Source of the DNA: Octopus sinensis
Lineage: Eukaryota
DNA length: 64,000 nt
Assembly: GCF_006345805.1 (NCBI RefSeq)
Contig: NC_043004.1
Location: 89,094,001 to 89,158,000, forward strand
Direction: 5' to 3'
In this document: positions 37,750-50,923 of the stretch, piece after piece
Layout of the letters: each line of letters opens with the position of its first letter
Position numbering within the stretch: position 1 is the stretch's first letter
The notes under the pieces: model-generated
The model's input: the letters and a program-made list of their open reading frames with translations, nothing else
Database searches by the model: none
What the model was told of the DNA's origin: nothing
Program-made: the position numbers and the translations under genes

Positions 37750-38105
37750 TTTTTGTGTCTGGTTTGCAAGATTCTTTATGTGAATTTGTATGTTGAAACA
37801 AATTTTGTTGTGTCTAGGGAGAGTCATTATGCCAATATAATTAACACACACACTAGTTTAATTCCACTGTTTCTTTATTATTAGTCAATTGGTTAAATAT
37901 CCAACGAACTAATCGATTGTTTAATTTGTTTTGGTTTTAGTTTTATCAAAGCTCTTTCATTGCTGCTTGCAACATTTTCAATGACCATTGACTTAGTCCA
38001 TTACAGATATTTAACCAATTGACTAATAATAAAGAAGGAGTGGAATTGAACCAGCGTGTACGTTAATTATAATGACATAATGACTCTCCCTAAAAACAAC
38101 AAAAT
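37750..38105 (-). mobile_element. Fold-back insert with ~100-bp inverted arms around a hammerhead-like motif
   Basis: 37802-37901 and 38006-38105 are diverged reverse complements. The family signature ttgcaagattctttatgtgaatttg...gtgtctagggagagtcat also occurs at 38420-38660 (opposite strand), 54485-54760, 43999-44090 and 8376-8400. Confidence 0.7.
37945..37985 (-). ncRNA. Hammerhead-like motif, U3-A8 core variant
   Basis: gtca-TTGAAAA-t-gttgc-aagca-gcaat-GAAA-g-ag-c-TT-tgat. Confidence 0.55.
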
Positions 38106-38986
38106 CCTAGAATAATTATGCTGGAATTTTAAAAAAATAATGAAATTTGTACTATGTACTGTTGGCCATTGCCATGAGATTAAATTTAACATTGTGTTGT
38201 TGAAAAGATTTTTTCTCTTATGTTTTATGAGGGACATGATGAGGAACTGTCATTATGATTGTTCAAACTATTAGCAATAGCAGCTAAATTATTTGCAAAT
38301 CACATCTCTTGCCAAAAAAAAGTAGAGGGAAAACAAATGGGAGATACATATTGAATAAAACAGTCTAAGATGAGTTTTGTTGTATCACCATACCCAACAG
38401 ACCAGGAGCAGAGAAGGCATGTCATTGATGAGGCTGCATCAAAAGAACTTTGATAAACTTACCACATTAATTGATTGACTGAACAATTATTCAAACAGTC
38501 GATTAGTTAATTGGTTAATTGTCAACTAACTGGCAAATAAAAATAAAGAAGAGAAACAGAACCAGTGATTATTAGTGGCATAATGGCCTTCTAGAGATAC
38601 AACTCAAAATGTTTCAACACAAGAGTTCACATCAAGAATCTTGCAAACCAAATATAAAAATGAAAAAACTAAGAAAGGCTTTATCTGGAAAGAGGGGATA
38701 ATTTTGGTTAAAATATTTCTGATTTTAATGCCTGATTTTCAGCTAAGCTATGAGGGCAATGTCAGTCAAGTACCAGTATTTGACCGGTACTTACAATTTC
38801 AACAGAAAAAACAAGCAAGGGTTAGTGACAGGAAAAACATCCCACTGTAAAACAATACCTCAATACCTCAACAATACATTTATCCAAACCATACTAGCAT
38901 AGAAAATAGACATAAAAATAAATGTGTAGACACCTTAAAGTTTTAGAAATAATATTATTATTTAACAGCACGATGCAGCACGAAGT

Positions 38987-39037
38987 TTTGTCAGTGAACA
39001 GGTCGCAGTCTCAAAGCAACGAAAATATTTTGACAAA
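38987..39037 (+). ncRNA. Hammerhead-like motif, G3-C8 core variant
   Basis: tttgtca-GTGAACA-g-gtcgc-agtctcaaa-gcaac-GAAA-a-ta-t-TT-tgacaaa. Stem I has 7 perfect pairs; the stem III region AAATATTT is palindromic. Confidence 0.6.
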
Positions 39038-39654
39038 TTAAATTTAAATGTTGAAGTGAATCTAATGGTTTTATGTGTTTCTTAAATGGCTTATAAACAC
39101 CTTCCACGCTGCAATTGTTTTCGTTCCAGCACACGATCCCAGATCAAGTCACTCGCTATGCAAGTACATCTCCGTAATATTATTTAACCGTTATAATTAT
39201 AAAAGGAATCTATTTTGGTCGTAGATGCTTACATTTAATTTAACTAAGTCACTACTTGTATCAAAGTACAGTTTAATCTCGTCTGTCTGTTATTTTCTAT
39301 GATATCGCTCTAACAATTGTTTCTATAAACTTTTTCCTGGGCTTTATCTTGTCTTATCAGTTTGATTTTATAAGCTATGTTATTATCATTTGCTATGGTT
39401 GTGCGGTTAAGAAGTTCACCTTGTAACCAGATAGTTTTAAGTTCAGTCCCACTAAGCAGCACCTTGGGCAAGTCATTTTTACCGAAGTTTCAGACCAACC
39501 AATGCCTTGGTAGACAGACATTGTGGATACCCACTGTATTATATATATGGAAATAATATATATACGGAGAGTTTACAAAAAAAACAAAAGACGAAGACAG
39601 GTGGTGTACAAAACAAACAGATGTATTAGTATAACGCTCAGGAATAGAAAAAAT

Positions 39655-39690
39655 CTTTTACATTTCGAGCCTACGCTCTTCTACAGAAAG
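39655..39690 (-). ncRNA. Minimal hammerhead-like motif (A6-to-U core variant)
   Basis: cttt-CTGTAGA-a-gagc-gtag-gctc-GAAA-tg-TA-aaag; stems I and II pair perfectly. Confidence 0.55.
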
Positions 39691-40499
39691 GGACACAGAA
39701 AAAACAAGGAGAGAAACAAGCGAGAGCGAGGGATAATTCATCCAGGTTGGTACCATTCAAGCACCCTAGTATAATCCAAGTTCTGGCTAAACTCATTGAA
39801 TGATATGGAATAACTTGCGATTATTTAAGGTAACACAATCATATAGTATATCATTCAATGATAAAGGCTGTAATAATAAAACTGCGTAAATGAATAATTC
39901 TCCATCTTTATTTTAACGTCTTTTTTGTTTGTATATATGTATGAGTGTTTGTGTGTGTGTGTGTGTTAATAGTATATTACATTTAAGGAAGGGATTGGTT
40001 AATTTAGAAAGCACACATGGTGACCTAAACCCATTGCTGTGCCACAGGGAGAAGAGGAGAGGAGGAGAGAGAGAGAGAGAAAGAGCTGACCCAAGTACTT
40101 GAGAGAAAGAGAGAGAAAGAACGAGAGGAAATCAGAGAGAGAGAGAGAGTGAGTGAGTGAGCTAAGAGAAGAAATAACTTCAGTATTTGATTGATACTCA
40201 TTTGTCAACTTCTGGAGAATTACAAGACAAAGTTGGTCTTAGCAAGATTTTGAATTTGAGCACAGAGAACCAGGACAAGTACTGCAAAGCACTATATCTT
40301 GGACAATTCCTCACCTTCGGAAAGAATTCATAGTATGTGGAATAAGTTGGATTGCCATGAGAAATAGAAATTCTAGAAATTCAAGTGGAAGGTGTTGTAA
40401 ACCTGACTGTGGGCAGTGAATGAAGAAAGAATATGCAATGAAGATTTGGGAGATATTTGTGATACTGTTTACAATTGTGAATTTCACTGTCTTATTGTA

Positions 40500-41065
40500 T
40501 TGGGTTGTCTAGAAAGTTTGTGCCGATTTTTAAAGGAAAGAAAAAAGTCAATAAATACTTGCCATTACATTTTTAATCAACCAAATATGAACCATTTTGT
40601 TGCACAATGCGTCTCCATCTTTCCTTTAACATGAAAATACCCTCTTCCCAGAATTGAGGTGGTTTCATGGAAAATAATTCATCAAGATATCTTTTTAAGT
40701 CATCCAAGGAATTGAAATTTTTACCATTAAGACTATTCTGCAGAGACCTGAATAAGTGGAAATCCAAAGGAGCAATATCTGGTGAATATGGAGGGTGGGG
40801 TAACACATCCCAGTCGAGCTGCAGCAATTTTTGTCTGGTTCCCAAAGCATCAAGTGCTGAAAATGAACTTTCTTATCTTCCATTTTAAAGGATTACAGAA
40901 TTAACACAAATTATAGGAACATAAATCTTCCTCCATGAAAAGCTAGCTTAAACTGTGCTCTGAATGGAGGTATAGTTACATCTTGTTTTCTGGACTCAAC
41001 CATGCTCTAAAATAAGTCGAAAGGTAAGCTACTATAAATCGGCATGAACTTTCCAGACAACCCAA
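40500..41065 (-). mobile_element. Internally deleted mariner with both TIRs and TA target duplication
   Basis: TIRs ttgggttgtctagaaagtttgtgccgattt / aaatcggcatgaactttccagacaacccaa. N-terminal MEDKKVHFQHLML is joined to C-terminal WDVLPHPPYSPDIAPLDFHLFRSLQN...ERWRRIVQQNGSY. Confidence 0.92.
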
Positions 41066-41224
41066 TATATATAGTCTGGAAAAATTTAGGTGTTTCAAAT
41101 TTAGCACTTTTGATACCAACCTGCCTGAGACTGATTCTCGGTTCTATGATACAAATGTCCTGCTCTAAAGTGATTTAAGTTAAATCCTCTCATTGTGTTT
41201 CCAACAAAGAACTGTATGTGCATA

Positions 41225-41580
41225 CACATCAGCCTGCAGCTTCTCACCTCCATAGCTACCCATTGCATATGCTGGTACAGACATGTCCTCCATCTCCCAC
41301 TAGATCATCCTAAAAGAGCTTTATTCTCATTCAATACAGTAGCTGCAGCCTGGAAGAGGCCTCATGGCAAGCCCCACACCAGATGGCTGGACATGATTAA
41401 AGAAGATCTCCAGACGCTTGATGTTACCTTGCAGGATGCAGAGGGGCTGGTGTAAGATCATGATGATAGAAAGCACTTGTGGACCTGGTTGGCTCCTATG
41501 CATAATAGGACCATTATGCATGATGGGACCACTAACCTAGGATAACCCCAGCCCCACCAAGCAAAAGCATGAAGCAAGCA
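41225..41580 (+). mobile_element. RTE LINE 3' remnant (third family)
   Basis: WYRHVLHLP...WKRPHGKPHTRWLDMIKEDL. Confidence 0.7.
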
Positions 41581-42179
41581 AACATTAAAATTTTATTTTA
41601 ATTCATGTTCCAAATACCAGGTTAATAATAACAAAGTCCATCTATCCATCTATCTTTCTCAGCCTACTACTCCTGGGAAGATCATGGGGGTAGAATCCTT
41701 AGGTACCTCCTCTACAGGTTACAATCAGAAGCAACCATCATTAGACTTTCCAGCTGGACTCCCAAGAATGACTAATTGAGACTATGGATATTATCCAACA
41801 ATCTCATTTTTGGTCGGCTTCTAGGACTTCTGCAAGCTGGCTGAGTTTGAAGGATCTGTCTTGCAATTCTTACCTTTATTATTTTTTAAAACTTAATTAA
41901 AACAAAGACAGAGTATTTCAATAGAAATATTGTAATGAAAAGGTTAACTGCCTTGGCTAATGACAGCAATATGCAGCCAAGAATCAAATGCCTTGGTTTC
42001 AGACACTATTGCAGAGCTGACAACAAGGTACAAACTGTGAAACCCTTGCTTCTCTATTAACCTGGGATTCTAAAGATTTTATATAACTCCTTACTACTAC
42101 AGGAGCAAGGCTTAAAATTTAGTGAGAGGAGAATAATCAATTACATCAATCCCAGTGCTCAACTGGTACTTATTTCATT

Positions 42180-42404
42180 GGAATCTAAGACATTTACCCC
42201 CCCCCCCCATGAACAATAAACCCACCACTACTAGGAACAATTACCCCTGAGGACAACAGATGATGATTTAGAACTTCTTGATATATCAGAGAGGAGGTAA
42301 TTAATGAAGGGGGTTGTAATTGTCCTAGGGGGCAGTTGTCATCGGGGGGAATTGTCCTAGTGGGGATAATTGTCCCAGGTGAGTAATCGTCCTGATATGA
42401 TTCC
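42180..42404. mobile_element. 225-bp MITE nested in a SINE B
   Basis: Ends ggaatc/gattcc with ATT duplicated (alternatively gaatc/gattc with CATTG). Subterminal ggg..aattgtcc repeats occur in both orientations. Removing it restores the SINE text tatttcattgacccc. Confidence 0.75.
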
Positions 42405-43633
42405 ATTGACCCCAAAAGGATAACAGGCAAAGTCAACCATGACAGAATTTGAACTCAGAACATAAAGATAGACAAAATACCACTAAGCATTTTGTACAAT
42501 GTGTTAACAACTCTGCCTGCTCGCAGCCTTATTGATTTTATAATAATTAACATAAAATTTTAATAAAATATATTTTATGACAAAAAGGTTGACTCTGTCC
42601 TTGCAGAACTCTTAATTAAATAATAACGTTGCAGATATTTTGTTAGGAGTTCATGAACAACCTCTATGACCTAGTTTTGATTCTCAATAGCAATATTTCA
42701 CTTATTTAATTAATGCTCTTGAAAAAAAAATGACTTAAGTACCATTTAGTCACATTTCCACTATGTCTGTGAAACTGATTATTGTAGGCTTTCAATTCTA
42801 CTGTCTATCGAGGCAAGAATGCCATTATTAACACATCAGACTGGAACACTCTGGGAATGTGAGAATAGAGGGAATGGTCTACAAAGCGGTAAATAAGCCA
42901 TACGATATGGACATGTCTTAAGAGTGTAAAGGATGGACATGTCATAGATGTGAGAGTATAGAAGATTATATGTAAAAAAATAGGATAGTCAGATCATATA
43001 GACAGGTTAGATGTGACTGTGTGGTTGATGGTATCTAAAAGATAGACAAGTCAAAAGTATATGACAAAAAACATTCAAGCGAGGTCGTTCCCAGTGCCGC
43101 TGAACTGGCTCCTGTGCCGGTGGCACATTAAAAGCACCATTTGAGCATGGCTGCTGCCAGTACCGCCTGACTGGCCCTTGTGCCAGTGGTATATAAAAGC
43201 ACCCACTACACTCTTGGAGTGGTTGGCATTAGGAAGGGCATCCAGCTGTAGAAACTCTGCCAGATCAGATTGGAGTCTGGTGCAGCCATCTGGTTTCATC
43301 AGACCTCAGTCAAATCGACCAACCCATGCTAGCATGGAAAGCGGACATTAAACGATGATGATGATGATGTCTGTATATTATATCAGAGGTGGTATCAAAA
43401 ACGTTTCCGGATTAGTTCTGTAGTGCATCAACAGATGGCAGCATATGGTTGTGTGCACAATGAGAACTAGCAGTGACCTTCATGTATATATACATGCATA
43501 TACATGCATATACATGCATATATGTATATATACATGCATATACATGCATATACATGCATATATGTATATATATACATGCATATATGAATACAGGACATAA
43601 AAAAACGTTGAACACCATATATATATATATAAT

Positions 43634-43691
<58 letters not shown>

Positions 43692-43850
43692 AGGAAAAAA
43701 CTTTTGATAGGCATAACAAATGCGCAACCAGTAAAAAGAACTTTCACCTAATTAAATTACTTAAATTACTTAAATTATTTTGTCAGCATTTTCTTCATTT
43801 CCTTTTTTATATATCACAACTCGTGTTCCACATCTCCTTTTTTAAATATA

Positions 43851-43894
<44 letters not shown>

Positions 43895-43897
43895 ATA

Positions 43898-44002
<105 letters not shown>

Positions 44003-44107
44003 GTCTAGGGAGAGTCATCATGCCAATATATTGAATATATACACTCCCAAGACAGAACAAAGAATCTTGAAGACAAGATACAAAAGCTATATATATATAT
44101 ATTATAT

Positions 44108-44179
<72 letters not shown>

Positions 44180-44305
44180 AAGTTAATGTTAACAAAAGTC
44201 AGGATTTGTGGCATTCAGTTATTCCATAAGTGAAAAATGCATTAAATACTACAAAATGCACATGTAGGATATACACACACACATACATGCACACACACAC
44301 ACACA

Positions 44306-44359
<54 letters not shown>

Positions 44360-44697
44360 CTATGTCTAAAATATCTATGAGTTGGAAAAAAAACAGGCAC
44401 TTATATATTAGTTTATAGTGTGGGTACATTATTATTATTAATGAAATACAATTATATCCCCATAATAGTCTGATAATAGCCATATTAGCAATTGGTTTCA
44501 CACCAAATGCTGACGGTCAGCCCTGGCTGTCATCGAAAATTACTGTAAGCAATAAAGCCCATTCCATGTTATTCATTTCAACCATTTCTGATGATAGCTA
44601 GGGGTCAATTCTCAACTTCTAGTATTAAACTTGAATGCTATGAGACTAATATTTTATTTTATTATTATTATTATTATTATCATCATTATTATTAATG

Positions 44698-44740
<43 letters not shown>

Positions 44741-45667
44741 TAATAATAATCCTTTCTACTGATAGACACAAGGTCTGAAATTTTGGGGAGGGGTATATAG
44801 TCGATTACATTGACTCCCAGAGCTCAGTTGGTACTTATATCATCGACACTGAAAGGCTGAAAGACAAAGTTGGCATCAGTAGAATTTGAACTCAAGACAT
44901 GAAGACAACTGAAAAGTTACTAAGAATTTTGTCCAGTTTGCTAACAATTCTGCCATGTGAGTGTGAACTCACAAGAAATATATTTAGAGTAAGTAGGTAT
45001 ATTTTTTAAATATCTTTTATCTTTTGTCAGTGACTTGTTTTAATCATGTGACTGTGGCCATACTGGAGCACTGCCTTGAAGAGGTTTTTAATCGAACAAA
45101 TGAACTCTAGAAATTTTTACTTTTTTTCTTTTTTAGCCTAGAATTTATTCTATCAGTCTCTTCTGCTGAACTGCTTAGTTAGAGGGGCGTGAACACACCA
45201 ACACCAGCTGTCAAGCAGAGATAGAGGACAACACACACACAGACACACACACATATATATGACAGGCTTCTTTCAGTTTCTGTCTACCAAATCCACTCAC
45301 AAAGCTTTTGTTGGCCCAAGGTTATAGAAGAAGACACTCGCCCAATGTGCCACTCAGTGGGATTGAACCCTGAACCATGTGATTGTGAAGCAAGCTTCTT
45401 AAAACACAGCTATGCCAATTAACTACTAACCCTAAATAACTACAATTTGAATTACATAAACCTCAAAAGTTTTTTAAAATATATCTACAATAACACTGGA
45501 AAATCTTGTGACATTTTTATTGTTCTATTCTTTCTTTTTCTGTCTGTTTTCACTGGTCATATATTTCCTTAATTAATGAATTAATTAATTATATAAACAA
45601 ATATAAATTAGGAAATACAAAATAAATTGATTTCAATGGAAATCTATAACACTGTTGAAATTCTTAC

Positions 45668-45697
45668 CTTTGCTTTTTCTGTATTATTCTCGGTCAT
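45668..45697 (-). CDS. Candidate short first coding exon, MTENNTEKAK
   Basis: gaaaaATG context, 10 open codons, then a strong donor AAG|GTAAGA (intron from 45667) in non-repetitive sequence. No matching downstream exon was identified. Confidence 0.25.
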
Positions 45698-46296
45698 TTT
45701 TCACTCTACCAACAAAGTAAAGTGATTGTGAATGTCGATCACTAATTGTTGGTAATAATTAGACTGAACGAGATATTTTTGATCTTGTTTGTTGTTGAAA
45801 TATTTGTGATGAATTAAAGTTTATCAGAAAACAAAAAATCAAACATTGACCTCTCTCATTTCAGATAAAATATTCAATAAGATATTTTGAATGGATAAAT
45901 ATATGCGTTTATATTGGTGTGTGTATATGCGTGGGTGCACAAACACACACACAAATACACATAAATAATGTAGATGTATATTTGTATTTTGTGTGCATAT
46001 GTTTGTGTGTGTGTGTGTGTGTGTGTGCGTGCGTGCGTGCGTGTATCAAAAATATCAAAGGTCCTTTGCAAGCCATAAGCTCATTAGGCCAGTCTCCGGG
46101 GTTTTTCAGTGTATGTATTCCCCATTGGACATGACTCTTGTCCATCACATGATGACTCGTGGTTGTCAGCTAAGTGGACTGGAGCAACATGAGACAGTGT
46201 TTAGCTCAAAGACACAAATACATCACTTAGTCCAGGATCTTGAGTACAGCACCCAAACTACTAAGCTACATGCTTCCACATATGTGTATGTATATA

Positions 46297-46571
46297 GGCA
46301 CAGGAGTGGCTGTGTGGTAAGTAGCTTGCTTACCAACCACATGGTTCTGGGTTCAGTCCCGCTGCATGGCACCTTGGGAAAATGTTTTCTACTATAGCCT
46401 TGGGCTGACCAAAGCCTTGTGAGTGGATCTGGTAGGCGGAAACTGAAAGAAGCCCATCGTATATACAGCGGCAGCGGGGTGGCGTCATTTGAAGGCTAAA
46501 ACAATGCGAATATATTGTGACCAGCGATGTGTAGCAACATCTGATGGTCTGGTCGGTCAAGTGATCACGTG

Positions 46572-46611
<40 letters not shown>

Positions 46612-46820
46612 TTATGTATATGTATGTGTGTCTGTGTTTGTCCCCCCAACATCGCTTGACAACCGATGCTGGTGTATTTACGTCCACGTCACTTAGCGGT
46701 TCGGCAAGAGAGACCAAATAAGTACTAGGCTTACAAAGAATAAGCTCTGGGGTCGATTTGCTCGACTAAAGGCGGTGCTCCAGCATGGACACAGTCAAAT
46801 GACTGAAATAAATAAAAGAA
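46297..46820 (+). mobile_element. SINE family A with a 107-bp insert in its internal (TA)n
   Basis: Matches 8863-9255 except for 46466-46572. Confidence 0.88.
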
Positions 46821-48016
46821 TATACATACATGCATATAATGTGTGTGTGTGTGTGTGTGTGTGTTTTGCACTTCTGCCAGTAGCAGTAGTATAAAAACAC
46901 CCAGTACACTCTGTAAAGTGGCTGGCAGTCAAAACCATCCAACCCATGCCATCATGGAAAATGAACATTAAATGATGGTGATGATGATGATGATGACAAT
47001 GACGATGACGACAGCAGTGGTGGTGGTGGCAGTGACAGTGGTGGCGATGGCAGTGGTGGTGGTGATGATGATGATGATATATAAAAGAGTAGAAGAGCTG
47101 GATCCAGAGAATCTAGCAGCATTCTCAGTAAGCTCCTCGTTTGTAACTGGCTATCACTTTACGTAGTCATCAATTACCATGTAGTGGAACATAATATGCC
47201 CTTATAACAGCGAATTCAAAAAATCTAAAACATTAAACTTCTCCACAAAGAGTAAATAAAGCATAAAGTCAGATGATGTGAGAGCCATATCATCATCATC
47301 ATCATTTAATGTCTGTTTGCCATGCTAGTATGGGCTGGACGGTTCGACCAGGGTCTGGGAAGCCAGGAGGCTGCACCAGGCTCCAGTCTGATCTGGCAGT
47401 GTTTCTACAGCTGGATGCCCTTCCTAACACCAACCACTCTGTAAGTGTAGTGGGTGCTTTTTACGTACCGCCGGCACAGGGGCCAGGGGAGGCTGGCAAT
47501 GGCCACAATTGGTTAGTGCTTTTTACATGCCACCAGCACTTATTTTTTTCCCAATGACTTCCCAATAATTACAGCTGTTTCATAACTTTCCATCATGTAG
47601 TATTATCGGTTTTAGAAGGCAAAATTATACATACATGTTTACATCAATATATCTGTTCAGTATTATACAGGTGTATATTCTTAAAGTGATGCAAATAAAG
47701 TAAGCTAACTCATCAGATCACCTGAACATCATGATTATATCGACAATTCAATGAGAGGAATAACAAACATGCCAGACATGTTTGCATGGAAAACCAGAAA
47801 CGACACCACATGGATGAATCTTTTATTTACAAAGATAACACAACATGTCGAGCCATTTTGAGAAAACTGCATGTGCTTTCATGGCAGACTACAAGTAAAC
47901 AATACCATCAAGAAGCCATTGTCTTACAATCAGTGAATGGACACACATGTAGATGAGGAAAATACAAACTCACTCACACAAACATAAACATACATACATA
48001 CATACATACATACATG

Positions 48017-48048
<32 letters not shown>

Positions 48049-48409
48049 CATACATACATACATAAACACATACATGCATGCATGCATACATACATACATA
48101 CATACATACATACATACATACATACATACATACATACATACATACATACATGCATGCATGCATGCATGCATGCATACATATACAACAACAGGTTTCATTC
48201 AGTTTCCATCAACCAAATTCACTGATAAAGTTCTTGTTAGCCCAAGGCTTTAGTAGAAGACATTTGTCCAAGGTGCCATAGTTGAGATGAGAACTTCTTA
48301 ACCATACAGCCATGCCTGTACCTAGCCATACTCTAATAATGAGATAAATTTATAACAATAAGATAAATAGATTTTCCATATCTGAGCCCCCATGCTCTAC
48401 TTACAATGC

Positions 48410-49690
48410 GGAAGGGCCCTAATAAATTCTTTGACAACATGGAAGCAAAAATTAACCAGTTGGCATGATCATTGGGGATTTCGTCTCTAAAGTAGGAGAA
48501 GGTCAATGTAAGAATTAGCCAAGTATGATAGGAAAATACAAACCCGAGACACCAAACAAAGGAGAGCTAGAACTACTGCAGATCTGTGTAGCAAATGGTT
48601 TTACAATAATAAACACTCTGGTCTGTTGTTTGATAAAAGGATAGGCAAAATGGGTCACACCCAACAACTAGGCCCAGATAGATTACATTGTTATTCAGGG
48701 AATGTGGAAGCTATTCTTTAAATACAGAAAAACATACCACTCAGCCGAGGAAGGTCCTGATTAGTTTAAGCTCCTGACAAAAGGTATCATCTTCATCATA
48801 TGAAGTCCACATCTCATGCTGGCATAAATAGGACAGTTTGGTAGAATCCAATCCACCCACAGAATGATTCATATTCCAGTGTCTGCTTTGGTATGGTTTC
48901 TACAGTTGGATGTCATTCCTAATAGCAACCACTTTATAGCATGTACTCTGTGCTTTTTCTTCATACCAACTGTACTAGAGAGGTTACCATGTTGTTTGCA
49001 AGATTATGAACCCCAAAGAGTAGGGTACAACTCTATGCCAAGAAATGAGGGGTAAAACAATATGATGTAAATAAAATTACCACAAGAGCTGTGCTTTGCA
49101 CAAAAGACTGAAATACAAATAGAGGTCACACCTTTGTTACAACTGAATGTAGGTGACAGAGGATGAAGCGTGCATGTTTCTTTCAAAGAAGAAATAAACA
49201 AAGTAATAGAAGAAACTGTAAGCTTGAATTCTTGAACACCATTAAATACTGATTGACCTACCAAAAGGAATAGAGGCAATGTGTGAACATTGGGAGAAAG
49301 CCAGAGCAGAAATGTTGAACAACCTATACAATATCATCAAAGCTAGTGACATACAAAGAACTGAACAAAACAGTAAAGAAAAGAAAAAGAAATAAAAATA
49401 ACTACATGACAAAACATAACTAATAGAAGCTTACTTCAAGAATGATATTAGTCACAAACTTCTCAAGTCAATCTGAAAGACAGGAGAGTAGAATTTAAAA
49501 ACATATAGAGTACTGTAAAAGATAAAGAATGGTGACATATATACAAACACCACCGAGATACTTCAATGTTGGAAAGATCGTTTTAAGCAATAGCTTAACA
49601 ATAAATTCTCACACAACCTTGAAGCAAAATCAGAAATTCTGAATGGTCCATCTGATACAGACATCCAGGGAGAAATAACAAAAGAAATTT
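48410..49690 (+). mobile_element. Decayed RTE LINE: APE endonuclease and linker region
   Basis: MIIGDFVSKVG, LLQICVANGFTIINTL, KWVTP...QIDYIVI, and later VKDKNGD-like...TEILQCWKDRF. Interrupted at about 48785-48990. Confidence 0.7.
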
Positions 49691-50529
49691 GAAAAAGAAA
49701 GATTGCAATAAAAAGCATAAAAAATTACATAAAACGAGAGAGAAAGACTGAAAAACTGTTTGTGGTGTGTAAACTGATAAGGAAGTATATTCTTTTCTAC
49801 TCTAGGCACAAGGCCCGAAATTTTGGGGCAGGGGAGCAGTCGATTAGATCGACCCCAGTACGCAACTGGTACTTGATTTATCGACTTTGAAAGGATGAAA
49901 AGCAAAGTTGACCTCGACGGAATTTGAACTCAGAACGTAAAGACAAACGAAATACCACTGAGCATTTCGCCCAGTGTGCTAACGTTTCTGCCAGCTCTCC
50001 GCCGAACTGATAAGGAAGTATATTATCAGTTTAACTTTATGATTGAACGTAATACCTTTTGTGTTTTGTTTTACAAGGTTTTTGATAATATATTCATCTG
50101 TTCAATAGTTATTACGCATTTGATTCATAAAATAAATTATATTTGTGGTTTGAGTATTTTTATTTGGTGTATTCTCTGATGTATTCATTGCGTCTTCTAT
50201 ACTTCAGTCAGTTGAAATATCTGTTGCTAATTAACTTTTATTTTATTCTATGGATTTCTTTCTCTGATGCTTTGATTATTCACAAGAATATATTGTTCTT
50301 CTAAAGAGTGATTATTTTTTACGACTGACATCTTACAGTTATGTGGGCATTCACTGCCTCCATCAAGATACATCCATCATGCATACAATGGGATTCTTTC
50401 AGTTTCCATCTACTAAATCCACTTGCAAGATTTTAGTTAACTACATGCTTTTATAGACATCACTTGCCCAAGGTAACATACAGTAAGACTGAACCTGGAG
50501 CCACGTGGTTGGGAGCCAAATTTATTGAA

Positions 50530-50562
<33 letters not shown>

Positions 50563-50614
50563 CACGTGCAACAACAACAATAATACTAATAACAACAACA
50601 ATAATAATTGTTTT

Positions 50615-50649
<35 letters not shown>

Positions 50650-50884
50650 CAACAACAATAATCTTTTCTACTGTAGACATGAGGCCTGAAATTTGGGGGA
50701 GGGGGATAGTCGATTACATTGACCCCAGTATTCAACTGGTACTTATTTTATGGACCTCAAAAGGATGAAAGGTAAAGTCAACCTTGATGGAATTTGAACT
50801 CAGAACGTAGTGGCAAACGAAATACTGCTAAGCATTTTGCCCGACGTGCTAACAATTCTGCAACCTCACCATTTTATTATTATT

Positions 50885-50923
<39 letters not shown>

